Origin: Camelus ferus
Lineage: Eukaryota
Direction of reading: 5' to 3'
DNA: 64,000 nucleotides
Assembly (NCBI RefSeq): GCF_009834535.1
Contig: NC_045696.1
Coordinates: 101,806,001 to 101,870,000, forward strand
How positions within the stretch are numbered: position 1 is the first letter of the stretch; every line of letters starts with the position of its first letter. This document shows, one piece after another, positions 1-12,839 of this stretch. The notes under the pieces are model-generated. The model saw only the letters and a program-made list of their open reading frames with translations, was not told where the DNA came from and ran no database searches. The translations under genes and the position numbers were made by a program.

Positions 1-905
1 CAGAAAGTAAGAAAATACTGAAAAAATAACCCATGTGGTCATGTCACAAGGACACAAGACCAATCTGAAGAGTTCCCAATGACCAAAGCTGAAACAATAT
101 AAGCAATAAAATAAATAATACGGTATTGGGTTATAACCCAAAATATAAAATAAATATCCATGAGTCTGTACTGATATAAATAAATGATTGAATAAATAAA
201 TAAACAGGGGAGAAGAGACAAATCTCTCATACAAAAGAATTCCAAACAGTTTATGTAGACACACCTCCTCTGAAAGATGCAGCTTAACTTCTCATGCCTC
301 AAGTGTGGGCTGTGCTTAGTGACTTGATTCCAAAAAAGAATAGGAAAGGGGAAAACAGCAGCTTTACAGTGGAAAAATCTGGCAAAAACTATCTCAGGCA
401 GGACATCAAGGTTAACATCATCAGTGATAAGTCATCTGGTAACATGAACCCTTGGTATTTACATGAACCCTTGGTATTTACATGAACCTTGATGTAGTGA
501 GAATGGCACTTCACATGTGTAATCATCCTCCCAAATCGCATAACCCCAGTCTAGCCATGAGAATAACCTCAGGCAGTACCCCTCAAAACTGTCAAGGTTG
601 TTAAAATCAAGGAAAGTTTGGGAAATTGTCATAGACTAGAGGCTAGGGAAACATGAGGGTTAATGTAATGTGACATCCTGGAACAGAAAAAGGACATCAG
701 GCAAAAACCAGTGAAATCCAAATAAAGTATGGAATCGAGTTAACAGTGTACCAATGTTGGGTCCTTAGTTGTGACAAATTTGCCATTATAATGAAAGATG
801 CAAAAGATAGGGGTAACCAGGTGAGGGTTATACAGGAACTCTTTTTGTTATCTTTGCAACTTTTCTGTAACTGTAAAAAGCTTAATAAAAAAGCTTATTA
901 AAAAA
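1..905 (+). mobile_element. Old L1 (L1MC/L1MD-type) 3' region
   Basis: Resembles the L1M 3' UTR consensus as I recall it (ataaataaatgattgaataaataaat..., gaactc...tatctttgcaacttttctgtaa). Ends in AATAAA plus an A-rich tail. Confidence 0.7.
442..488 (+). repeat. 19-bp tandem repeat (acatgaacccttggtattt) x ~2.5
   Basis: Units directly visible at 442-460 and 461-479, with a partial unit at 480-488. Confidence 0.9.
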
Positions 906-2529
906 CAAACCTGGCAACCAACTGTTAAAGAATTCTTCTACTCTCTTGTTCTCTGGTTCAAACCTTGCTTACGTCTGCTTTCCAAACTTTCCTATGACTT
1001 TGGACCTGGAGTCTCTTAATCTGTCTAGCCCTTTGGATTGAAGGAGTCTGGATGACCCATTGACCCATAAGTGAAAAGCAAAAAATATATATATTTAAAA
1101 ACAAATATATACCTATACATATACACCTATACATATACATTTGAAATTCACACACATACACATATACATATAGACACATATATAATCACATTGCAGAGAT
1201 GCAAAATGAAAATATGCCACAAATAAAAACAGAACAGATAACCACTCCTAGCAGCTCTCTGCATAGCCCACTAGTCTCTTCTGAAATAAGAACAAAGTTT
1301 TACATGCTGTTCAGAAACCCACTTTCCCCACAAAGTATATTTGTGAAGCTTAAACTATAAAGCCCCATATAAGCATAGACCCTTTCCAGGTATCTGAATC
1401 TATTTTCTTCTTAAGTACTCTAAACTGTAAATTTTAATACCCGCAAAACCTGGATTCACCCACCTCCATGTAAATAAATATGTATCTGCATTATCATTTT
1501 AAGCGCCAGAAAGTATCATAGTATTTCACTGAATAGATGGACCATCCTTTTTCAATTAATCCTTTAAGGAGCTGTCTAGCTTTTCTAATTCTCTGGAATA
1601 TCACCCAATATTTCTGCTTGGGGGTTGAGTTAGCTCTCTCTGAAGTGTTTTCTCTATGCCCTGAAGCCCCTTCACTCAATCCAGGCTCCTCAATAGTGCT
1701 CCTGCCCTTGGTGCTCCTGGCCTCTAATGGCCTTGAGGGGACAACTGAGAGTAAATTTGGGACAACAGAAAATAAGTGCAAGTTCTTGAGCAGGAAGTCA
1801 GTGAGAGGAAACTATGTTTTGGAGAATGTTATTATGACAATCATTTTATCATCATATTAGTATGACATGTGTGCTCTGTGCAAATATAAGTCTCAGAGTA
1901 ACAGGAAAGAGAAACTGTAACAAACAGATCTTAGAATCCCTGCAGTGGCAATTGCAATCCTGGGGGAATAAGATCCCTTCATATGGCTCTTAGGAGAGAA
2001 AATATTTGAAATAAAAATTAAAATATAATAATAAGTAAATAAATAGGAAATAGAGAAAGCGTCTGCTCAGAGGGCAGAGATAGGGCATGTGGATGGGTAC
2101 ACTTTAGAAAGGCAACCCCATAAGCTACCTTTTTTCTCTCCTATGAAAATAGGAGGCCCCGCTATGCAGCAAGAGCCAGGACTTTGATGCTGAAGTATGC
2201 ACAAGGTAGACAGAGGAAGTTAGAAAAAAGAAAATTCATACCAGCAGCACAAGGGATGGTTTAAGAGTTTGGGAACAAAGCTTTGTACCTCATTAGCCAG
2301 ATACCAGACACACTGAAGGAGCTGCAGAGCTCTGGGCAGGATCACAACAGAACAACAGCCAGTCCCAGGAAGGGCAAGGCAAGCCTGCAACGATGAGAGG
2401 GCACCCTCTTTCTGACTATGGAGATGGGGAAGTGATGGTTAAAGAATTTCAAACGTGAAACTCATAGGGCCAGAGTGGCACAGTGAAAAGGACTGCAGGA
2501 TGGGGGTGGAGGTGGCAGGTTATCTAGAA

Positions 2530-2720
2530 GCAGAGCCCTGTATTTGGATTCCATCTTTGCAGTTCACTAGCTCTACGGCCTTGGGCTGGCATTTAACCTC
2601 CGTTTAACCAGTTAACCTGGCATTTAACCATATAAAATGGAAATAGCATATCTATCTTGCTTCATAGATTGGATATAAAATGTGAAGCACAATGCCTGTC
2701 ACTTTGTGTGTACTCAGGTG
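2530..2720 (+). mobile_element. MIR SINE fragment
   Basis: MIR core-like: ...ttcactagctctacggccttgggc...tttaacctc...tataaaatggaaatagcatatctatcttgc... Confidence 0.55.
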
Positions 2721-3149
2721 GAGTGGTATTTAAAATGATGTCAGTAGACCTAAATCAACTGCTCCTTCTCTCTCCCTGTCTCCTTCTGCTAGTTTCTTCC
2801 CTCTCCAAACCCCAGGTCATCTCTGTGGTTTCTGTCTCTCTCCTTTTTTCAGGCAGAGTCTTTAGCTCTTTCCACTTCCTATCCCAGACTCTAATAAGAT
2901 AGAATTGTTCAGTTACTCTGGGCATAGTTTACTCCTTAGATTAATTTACAACGGCTAATCTCTTTGTTTCTAAAGATACAATTAAAGAACCTCTGGCCGC
3001 TCTTGCACTTAATGACATACAGCTGTGTGGACACTGTTGCCAGATGCTTTGCTCCCAGTTCCTTCACAGCCATTGCTGCATCCTTCCCAATGCATAACTT
3101 TCTATTTATTCTCCATGGTGTCAATCAGATGTTAGAGTTAAAGGATGTG

Positions 3150-3740
3150 TGACAGTTTGGAGATTTCTGAAAAAGTTAAAAATAAAATTCCCATGTAACC
3201 CAGCAATTCCACTCCCAGGTATATACCCCATAAAATTGAAAACAGGGACTCAAATGGACTCCTCTATGCCAATGTTCACTTCAGCATTATTCACAATAGC
3301 CAAGAGATAGAAATAATCCAAGTATCCATCAAGAAATGAATGGATGAACAGAATCTGGTATAGACATGAAATAGAACATTTTTCAGCCATAATAAGGAAT
3401 TAAATTCTGGTACATGCTACAGCGTGGATCTTGGAAACATTATGCTAAGTGAAAGAAGCTAGACACAAACAGACAAATGTATGACTCCTCCTATATAAAA
3501 TATCTAGAATAGGCAAATTCATAGAGACTGAAAGTAAATTAGAAATAACCTGGGACTGGGGAAAGGAGTAGTGGGGAGCTATTATTAAATGTGTACCGAG
3601 TTTTGCTTGGGGTGATGGAAATAGATAGTGATGGTGGTTGCACAATATTGTGAATGTAATTAATACCACTGAGTTGTACACTTAAAAATAGTTAAATGAC
3701 AAATTGTGTTTTATATATTTACCATAAAAAAAGAAAAGAA
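3150..3740 (+). mobile_element. L1 (L1MB-type) 3' fragment
   Basis: acccagcaattccactcccaggtatatacc...cattatgctaagtgaaagaagc...gttgtacacttaaaaatagttaa, followed by an A-rich tail. Confidence 0.8.
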
Positions 3741-3769
3741 GAACAACATGTTGGAAAAAGGCACTCTAA

Positions 3770-4488
3770 TTCATCAATGATAACATAAACATTTCTTCAA
3801 ATTTTAACATACCTGAAACCAACATTTGTTTCACCATCATTGTCTTACATTTACTGTCTGCCAGGCTGCAGTTGTGAAGTGGAGGCATTGCCTACACGTG
3901 TTCAACTTTGGCTGATATTCCCATTATTATTGGAAAGGTGTAATCCCTCAACACTTCAGTCAACATACAATTCAAGAACCATTTAAAGAGAAAAATATGA
4001 GCTCTAGTTTTTTTGTCCAAAACCTTGTTACATTTACTGGTAAGTTCAAGAAAGTGCCAGCATCAAAACTTAAAGAATTGGTGGCTATGGCTTGTAAAAA
4101 AAAATCTTGGCAGCAGCACCGAAGCACTCTTTGGAGAAATGGGGCTACATGTTCTTGATGACAGAGAGGATGACATAGTGTGGGAAAACATGTACAGCGA
4201 GGGCTCTGAAGAGAGAAGTGAGTCAAGACAGTGGATGAATTCTGAACATGTTTTGCAAATACCCTAGCCAATCTATTTTGCTTATGTTTTTCCTTTTAAG
4301 TATATACTCAAAAAAGTCTAAACAAGCTCTTTCAGTACATATAAAATAAAAATTTCAAGTGATAAGACTCACTATGACATGGCTTAACTAATAGGGGTTT
4401 TTGTTTTGTTTTTAACCTCCCTCCCCTTAGGAGTATATAAAGCAATGGTATCTTACAAGCAATGGCACCTTAGATTTAATAAATGCAG
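3770..4488 (+). mobile_element. Fossil Tc1/mariner (Tc2/pogo-like, Kanga-type) DNA transposon, 3' part
   Basis: Broken transposase C-terminus (KNHLKRK...TFTGKFKKVPASKLKELVAMACKK...LDDREDDIVWENM). Terminus aatggtatcttacaagcaatggcaccttagatttaataaatgcag followed by TA resembles the Kanga/MER104 TIR as I recall it. Confidence 0.6.
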
Positions 4489-5481
4489 TAATTGCAACAA
4501 AGATTAATATCCTTAAAAAGATTAAGCACTTCTACGAATCAATAAAAAAATGATAAACCAGCTTTTAAAAATGGGCAAAGGATAAGGGCAAACAGTTCAC
4601 AAAAAAATTAAATGGTCATCAAACTTATTGGAAAGATGGTCAACCTCACAAAAACGAGCTGGAGTGTCAGGAGAAGACATTGACTTTCTACTCCTGTCTC
4701 CAGGTGGAAAGACTGCCTGAGAGTGGCACTCCTGATCTGTCTCCTCCCCTTCCTCAGTGACTCATCTAACTGGTGAGTTTGGGAAAGGGAACTGGATGTG
4801 TGCGGTTCACACACTTTCTCTTTCCTCATGGGATATGACTGTATTATGAGTCGCAAATTCTCTGCTTCTCCACAGATGATTTCTAAGGAGAGACTACTAA
4901 TGGCAGGACTGCCCTTTCCCAACTCTGCCTGTGATAAAAGCAGGGAAGATGAATTCCAGGATACAGTATTCAGAAAACGATTGTTACCATGGATATAGGC
5001 TATGCTGCCCAACAGCTTTCTCAATACCATAGGTGATATTCTCCATCTTCATGATTCCTGAATCTGCCTCTCAACTTACTCTAAATCAGGCAGGAAGGTA
5101 AGGGGATGTTATTAGTTCTCTCAAGCTTCATCAACTAATTATTAGAAATGAGGCAAATATTCTGCACATAAAATATTGGTAAAAATAAAAACATATAATA
5201 ATGGTGGCAGGCAGTAAGAAGCCCATTCTCAGATGCTGTTTTGGGGAGTATAAGTTGGTAAGTCTTTGGAGAGTTTGGAAGCTATATTTACATATTTAAA
5301 TGTGCACACCTTTGACCTGGCTATTTCACTTCCTACAGATGTATTCCTACATGTACAGCGTTATTTATATAGAGATATTCAAAACAGCAGTGTTTAATAG
5401 TGGAAAACTGGAGACAATTAACTACAGAAATAATTAAAGTATGGTTATTTTTATGCAGAAATACTATGTAGTAATTTAGAA

Positions 5482-5696
5482 CAGGGGTTGGCAAACTGAC
5501 CCATTGGCCAAACTTTGCCTGTTTATGCAAATAAAGCTCTACTGGAACACAACCATGCTCAGAGGTTTTGTACTGGCTATGGCTAATTTTGTGCTATACA
5601 AAGGCAGAGTTCAGGAACTGCAACAAAGACCGTGTGGCCTGTAAAGTCTAGAACATTCACTGCCTGGTTTTCAAAGAAAATGTTTGCCAACTCCTC
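5482..5696. mobile_element. MER58A-like hAT-Charlie MITE with intact 8-bp TSD
   Basis: TIRs caggggttggcaaac / gtttgccaactcctc. Identical flanking ATTTAGAA at 5474-5481 and 5697-5704. Inserted in an old L1 fragment. Confidence 0.85.
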
Positions 5697-8479
5697 ATTT
5701 AGAAGAATGAAGCAGATTTAAACTGATACACTCTAAGGTCTACCATGAAAAAAAAAAATCCAGTTTAAGACTAGCATGATACCAATTATGTAGTTAGTGT
5801 GATCTCCCTTACATGAAAAATCTGCCTGTATGCTTACATAAATGCAACCCAACACAAACAGCACAAACAGCAGTTACTGATTTGAAGGAGAGAAGAATTG
5901 GGGTAAGGGGAGAGGGGTGATTTTTATGGGCATATATTCATATACTACTTTTGGAAATTTAGCATAGGCATCAAAAAGGACAAAGAAAATGTCTGGATCC
6001 ATCCAAGGATTTCTCTTTGCCTTCTAGTACCCTTTATCCCTTTACTAAATCCTTGCTCTAGACTCACGTTCTGTCAAGCCAAGAAGGAAGACTCTTCACC
6101 TGACTCTCTACCATCTTCCCTGGTACTGGTTCCCTCCAATGAGAAGGGTAGGGATGAGTGGTTTATCATTGGATTACTAATAAGCTTGCATATTTTGCCA
6201 TGTTAGCCCCACTGTGTTTCCTCTTTTGAGCACTGTGAGACTTAGTTGCATATACTACACTGGTTTCATTTAATTCTGATCAGATAAAACAAAGAAGATT
6301 CTAAATAAGACCATGAGCTGAAAACAAATAGCCACACCTTAATTATCACAGTAACTGACATTTTTTTATTTTTGATATTTCAAAAGATGCAAAAATTAAG
6401 TTTTAAAAATGATAATTTATTTGACAAAAGTAAAGTTTCTGAACAACCCCCCTTCCCCCCAAACGTTTGATTTCCCCCCTGCTGATAATAAATTATTATC
6501 CTATGAAGCACAAGAACCTGGAAACTTAAAATTCTCATGCTGAATCACATCTTTGGCAATTCATCTAAACCACAGGAAGTTTTCTAAAAATATCTGCTGC
6601 CTCTTCTCCTGCTAAAACTAGTTTAGAGTCTTAAGTTATAAAGTAAAAGTCATGAGTGGCTGTGTACTGCTAGTTAGCAAGAAGTCAATTATTTAATCCT
6701 TGAATGAAGCCTCCTCTGTCTCCAAGCAAACCATCAATAGTTGTTCTTACAATATACTTCACAGCTTACAGAATATTTTCCCATACATTAACACATCTGT
6801 TCAGTAAACTTGTAATAAGAGTCAAAGAAGAAATTCTGTTTCTTTAATGTGAACACTATCTCATAGATGTCAAATAATTTGTGCAGGGAAGCAACTGGCA
6901 AGTGTCAAAGAAGAGATTCAAACTTCCTTAGAAACATCTAAGTGTACATTTTTAAAAGTTTAGAGATGTCTATCTTTCCTCTCTTTTTTAACTGCCTTTT
7001 CTCAAATGACATTAGAGAAACACTATTTTTCCATGGGGCATTTATGAGTGTTAAGTGTTTGAGACTCCCACTTCTGGCTTTAACAATAGCAAATGACTTT
7101 TTAAGAGAGAATTACTAGTTTCAGAGGAAGATAGGGAAGAACTACCCACAAAACTTCATCTCATATCACTGCAAGTACACCAGTATCATTAACTAGTTTC
7201 ATAAGATCAAAATCTTCCTGTAACTTCTCCTAAGTCTTAACCTTATTCTACTTCCCCAAATATTTGAAAAGAAGTTGTCTCAAAATCATGAGACAACTGA
7301 AAACACACCTTTCAAAGCAAGCCTCAGAAAATAGATCATTTAGAGGTGGGTATGTTTTCCTCATCACTCCCTAACAACCCAGTATTACCAAGTGATTATT
7401 TAAAAAACGAAAAGATAACCTACTTGAGACATCCTTAGGAGAGACTACAAGTATAATTAAGTAATTTGGGTAGCTTAAAAAAGAAAAAATGAATACATAT
7501 TACAAGAAACTAAAACCAATAATCATGTCTTTAAATATAAAAAGAAAAAAAAAATAGAAAATTAGTGAAACCACTCAATGTCATTGGAGGGCCACTAGCT
7601 CTGTCCCAGGATTAAAGTGAAATATTGACAGAGCACTGCTTCTGCTTGTCCTATCTTCATCTTACAGTCTAGAGGTGACCTCTTTCAATATTCTGAATCA
7701 CCTAAACACCTGAGATATACATTGAAAAGGAAAGCTAAAATGAACAAAATCCCAAGCCTGACAGCGTAACTGTTGAGCTTATTTTAATGGTCTGTCACCT
7801 TACAAGGCAGACTTTCTTACAAGTCTACATCCTTAGAACTTAGGGTATAAGGCATGACATACAATTTTAACTGTAGGATAAAGAAAGGTGAAAGGAAAAA
7901 AAAAAAAAACTCGAAAGTTTGAGGTAGATCCTTAGAGACAGAATGTATTAGTAAACTTATGTTGGGAAGAGTAATCTAAGTAATACTACATAGATCTACA
8001 AGAAGCCTAGCATTTTGAGGTTGAAGTGAGAAAGATCTTACCCTTTTATTTCTCTCACTTTCTGCCCTCTTCTCCCCGTCTCTCTACTAACCCTGACATC
8101 CTCTTTTTTTTTATCTTGTACCTTATTTGGGATTTCTCTAATTCTCCTTGCCCTTACAAATCTTCCCCTCCACTTACTTGAGAAAATGCATGTGAATGTT
8201 TCATGCACTTATATTTTAATGATCTTGCCTTCAACTCTATTCTTATGGTTCTTAAAAGTTGCAACACGGTATATTAGAATGTTGAAGTCAATCAGAAAAT
8301 CAGTGTTGAGACCCACGTCTACCACTACCTATTTTTGTGACTATGGGCAAATAACTTTTCAAAAGAAAAAGAACCAAAATTTTATCCAAAATTTAGACAT
8401 ACAGTTAACTTACTATAGGTAGAATAAGTACTTTTATGGTTTTTCCATGTTAAAGCAAACATAAAATTAAGTTGATAAG

Positions 8480-9610
8480 GTAATTCAAGACATCCACCTA
8501 TTGTTCGGTTGTTCAAATCTGTTTCCACTTGGTTTTAAAGTAGATTTGTTCAAATCAGGATACAAAGGTAACATTTGTATTTACTTTGTGTGTTATTTAA
8601 GTCTCTTTTAATGCAAAGGGTCTCCTTCCTTTTCCTTGTAATCTGTTAAACAAAACCAAGCCATTTATCCTGCAGAATTGCCTGTGTTCTGGATTTTGTT
8701 GATTGCATCCCCATGGTGTTCAGCAACGTGTTTCTTTGTGCTGTGTATTTCCAGTTAGTAGGCAGATCTAGGGGCTTGATGAGACTCTGGATTTTTTTTC
8801 TCCTGTCAAGACACTGCATAGGTGGTGCTGGGTACTTTTTATTGAGTCATATTAGAACACACATCAAGATTAACCAATAAGTCCATCAGGTGCTACCATC
8901 CTGATCCATCCATCCAAAGTTCATCAGCTTTTCAATTAATAGCTTTGGCAGCCATTGAGGATCATTGTCTAGCTCTTGCCAATTCATTAGAACTTTAAAA
9001 ACAGTGATATTCTAATAGCACTCCTTCTGCATATATTAACTGGAGTAATTCTACCAATTCTTCCCCTCAGTAATTTGATTATCCTGGAGTAAGGCAGGAT
9101 TAATGCTCCTTTCTCTCCAAGTTACCAGTCTTCAGAATAATCCCTCAACATCATTCCAAAGGTAACTGAGTTGGTTTTTGTTGTTTTTGGTCACATTTAT
9201 CATTTTGAATACATAGGTTACATATTTAATACATTTCAATCCATTTCAGTTACTATCCTTATGAATCATCAAATCATTTCATGTACATCACTAGTTGTTT
9301 AGAGCCTCTGCAGTTCAATCTTGAGCTTTTGAGAAAATACCTTTGAGTTTTTGACAGCTTTCCCTCTTCAGCGATATTGAGGTACTACTGCTAATTTTTT
9401 AGATGTGAAATTTTTGTTGAGGGGGATAAAATGCCTAATGTGTACATCAGAATCAAATGATATCTCAAAATAAGGAGGGGGAAAGTAGGTTGGGTATAGA
9501 TGAAATAAGTTTGGCCACATGTTGCTAACTTTTGAAGTTAGTATAATCAGTTTATTATTGTTCATTATATTATTCTTTTGTATACATTTGAAAAATTGCA
9601 GAATGAAGTT
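8480..9610. mobile_element. Highly decayed L1M(E/C)-type fragments
   Basis: L1M 3'-like motifs, e.g. ttgttcaaatcaggatacaaa and gtttattattgttcattatattattcttttgtatacatttgaaaa. Confidence 0.5.
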
Positions 9611-9845
9611 TTTTTATCCCATTTTAGTAAAAGTTTAAAAAATCACCAACTACTACAGAAAAACAGAAGAAAACACACATACCTTAAGTCCAGTTCACAC
9701 CCAACCAGTTTCTGAAAATTATATTAAAATACATGCAAGAGGGGAAAAAAAAAAAACTTGTATCTGTATAACCTTATTTTCCACTCAAGAATAAGCCGTA
9801 TATTTGAAAAGAGACAGTCTGAAAAGTGTGATTCTTAAAGTACTC

Positions 9846-9851
9846 TTTATT
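9846..9851 (-). terminator. Probable main polyadenylation signal (AATAAA) of DIPK2A
   Basis: Minus-strand AATAAA with upstream UGUA motifs (9939-9947, 9968-9971) and a downstream CA plus U-rich tract (cttttcagactgtctcttttc). Other AATAAA hexamers lie at 10098-10103 and 10410-10415. Confidence 0.6.
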
Positions 9852-10849
9852 AAGTTCATTAAAAGTTGTAGAAACAACTTTATATTATAAAGGCACAGGG
9901 AGACAGTTCTGATAAAATATTCAAATTAAACAGTAACTTACAGTACAAAAGACAATTTTAATGCACATACAAACCCCAAATGTCTGATTCAAAAATATTT
10001 TACTGCGTCTATTAATGGGAAATGATTAAAAATATAAATTGCTGCTGTATAATAAATATCTGATAGTGAACATCTTGATAGCAAAGTGAACAAAATATTT
10101 ATTGCTTTTCACATACCTATTTTTCCCTGTAATGTTAAATTCCTAATTCTTTTACTATCTTCTCAGTTTTTCCAAAGATAAAAGAAATTCCACATAATCT
10201 CATGGGGGAAATGGTAGTTACAAAAAACTACCTCAAGTAGCGATCACTGCTGGCAGTGTTTTTCACTTCCTGTTCTGCAATCACTCTTCCAAAAAGTAAG
10301 ATAAATGTTTGCTAAACCACAGAAGGACAACTCCTCTATGACTGGCATTCTAAGTTTTGTAATGAATACTTATCAAATATAAAAGGAACTCCATTTTGAA
10401 AATGAGTATTTTATTTAAGGTTTTGAATAAGAGGTGAATGTTTGACTAGCAATTTTACCCACTCCCCTCAAAAGTTTTCCAAAGTTGTAAAGTCAGCTTA
10501 GTAAAATTTCCAGCAATTAAATGTTTCTTTGAGGGTTAGTTGATATATGTAATGTACTGATGTATAAAAATTAACATAATGAAATCTATTTTATAATGAA
10601 GAGATCTTACCCTTCTTCCAGTTTTTAAACTGGTATTAACTCTATTGATTTTCTCCTGCTGTTTTTGTAGCAACCCAGTGATAGATGGTACGAGCAGAAT
10701 TTCCATCACAACAATAAGATAACACAAAAGCATCATTCTAATGTAATGAATGCTATTTCAACTTAAGAAATACCTACATTAAAGTCTTTGACAATTACTG
10801 TAAAGTAACTTAACCATATGTCATGTTCAGACAGTGTGTAGCAGCTAGT

Positions 10850-10902
10850 GATATACCTGGCACAGAGCTGATGCTCAATAAATAGTTGCTGAATGAATGA
10901 AA
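10850..10902 (+). mobile_element. L2 3'-end fragment inside the DIPK2A 3' UTR (antisense to the mRNA)
   Basis: cctggcacagagctgatgctcaataaatagttgctgaatgaatga is the classic L2 tail. Confidence 0.7.
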
Positions 10903-12368
10903 AAGAAAAACTTGGCTTTGGTTGTGCACATTTTAATCACTGTCTGATTAGAATAAAGTCAGTCTAGAACTAAATACTGCACACTAGAACAAACTTTGCC
11001 ATAAAGAAAAGTTATAGTTTCAAACAGGAAAATATCACCTATGTTAGTGATAGTCAATTTATATATTGTAACTTTTAAAAATAGCTCACAGAACTTTAAC
11101 ACGCTTGTTAATTTTTACCCACATACTTAAATTTGATGTCTTGATGTTTAATAATTGGGTAATGAAGACCAAGCTGCGCAGACTGGCTAAACCGTCTGCT
11201 TTACAGTAAATATTACTAGTCCACCAATAAATAAAAAGTTAGGATGCCAGATTAAACTCAAACTGTGACTACCATGTTGGTTTCTGCAAAACTACCAATC
11301 AATAAAAGGTAGGACATCTTTAAGTTACATATGCTTGGGAGCAATAGCTTAATTTTTCAACATAAAATAACTAGGGAGATGTGAATTTAATAATGACAGA
11401 GCTGAAGTACTGGAAATAGGATAATAAGAATAAGTAGGTGACCAATTTTAAAATCTAACCATAGGACTAGGTCTAATATTTCTTTGGCATATGCATTACT
11501 ATCTTGGACTAGTTAGCATTTAAAAAATACTGGGTTTTCTTCCTCAATTAAAATTAACATCAAGGTATAGATTGCTAATATACTCTGAAAGCCTTTTAAA
11601 GGACAAAAATGACATTTTGCAATATGCCAAAGTTCATGTTTAGTGTACACTTACAATTATTGGCAGAGAGGGATGTAACTGTTAAATAACCTTAAATGAT
11701 CTCATGCAGTGGTGAAACCACAGAAAGTAGAAAGAAATGTATTTACATAATAAAATATTCAGCTTTCCAAAAAAAAAACACAGTAAACCTGGGAATCCTG
11801 CCCTAACAGTAAATGTGTACCGCATAGCACTGAATGAGAACTAGCCCAAATGTAAATGAAAACCTACATAACCTGAATGTGTAAAATTTAATAAAAAACA
11901 TAAAAATGAAAAAAAAAACAAACAAACGTTACACATCAGAAGGAATAAGTGGCCTATAAAACAGGCCAATCTAACTTGACATTCAAAGTAAGTATAAGAG
12001 ATTCACAAAATCATGATAGTAATGAAAACTAAGTCAAGTACCAAGTACCCTTTGATACACAAGCCAATGTAACTATCAGACTCATTTCCAATAGCTTAAC
12101 AATATTCAGTAATCCACTCAGGCATTCGGGGGTAAAGCAGTCAACGATAGCTCAAGTCTCCAAAGTGAAAGACCAAACTTATTTGCAGAAGCATCACGTG
12201 ATTTTTGAAATTATGTCTTATGCTGATGGATGTTAACATAAGATCTATCAGTGCAAGTTTATCACCTTCTGAATGTATTACTCCCAACTTTCATTTTTCC
12301 AGATAGTTTTTGGTGGTTTCGTTTTAGCCAGTGCTATTTAAATGGAGAAGAGAAAAGTTCACCATAGA

Positions 12369-12700
12369 CTACCTCACATTGTTACTTAATTGTGCTAGAT
12401 ATTCACGCAGTTCTTTTGCAGCCTGGAATCTGCCATAGCGCTTCTTTGGGTTGGCGCACTCATCCAGCAAGGCCTCTAGTCGGCCATCTTTGGCAATTTC
12501 ACTTGGTGGGTCATGGAGGAGTCCTCCAGAAGTGCCACGCCAGGTGGCATGTCTAGATAAGAGGTTCTGACAAACAGCATAATAATTGTGGTCCACAGTG
12601 GCACGAGCACAAAGAATTTCTTTTGAAAATGATAAGCAAGCCTCCTTATCACAGTCATCAAATTTGCTTTCATACCATACATCCCAATTTTCAGGTTTAT
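12369..12700 (-). CDS. DIPK2A: DIPK2A coding exon 3 (332 nt including TAG)
   Basis: Acceptor ccccttttcgcag|AT completes the Asn codon, then KPENWDVWYESKFDDCDKEAC...REYLAQLSNNVR-TAG. Total CDS 657+304+332 = 1293 nt = 430 aa + stop. Confidence 0.97.
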
Positions 12701-12839
12701 CTGCGAAAAGGGGACAGAGCAGAAAAAGAAAAATATTTGTTTAAAAGAGTTTTCATTGCTTCCCAAAATACAGCATTTCACTAATTAACATGGTAGTATT
12801 TGTTTTTAAAATTTTATTATAACTTTAAACATTTAAATA

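Larger units (their letters stand above)
9825..12368 (-). other. DIPK2A: DIPK2A 3' UTR (end approximate)
   Basis: Largely repeat-free AU-rich stretch after the stop codon, running to an AATAAA at 9851-9846. Decayed L1 sequence begins beyond ~9610. Confidence 0.65.

Noticed and set aside
442..488. Short direct repeats as a CRISPR-like array
   Set aside because: No spacers, only ~2.5 head-to-tail units, mammalian L1 context.
2936..3152. Protein-like short ORFs possibly from a retrocopy
   Set aside because: I could not match them to any known protein, and there is no poly(A) tail or TSD. A BLASTX would be needed.
4608..5030. 140-aa minus-strand ORF, and the similar 141-aa ORF at 58839-59264
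   Set aside because: No recognisable domain or supported splice structure. Both overlap repeat fragments.
10872..10895. 3' UTR segment resembling miR-95 (UUCAGCAACUAUUUAUUGAGCA)
   Set aside because: Explained by shared L2-tail ancestry. No complementary arm forming a pre-miRNA hairpin was seen.
12365..12380. Donor-like AG|GTAGTC overlapping the DIPK2A stop codon
   Set aside because: Weak consensus and no downstream exon identifiable.
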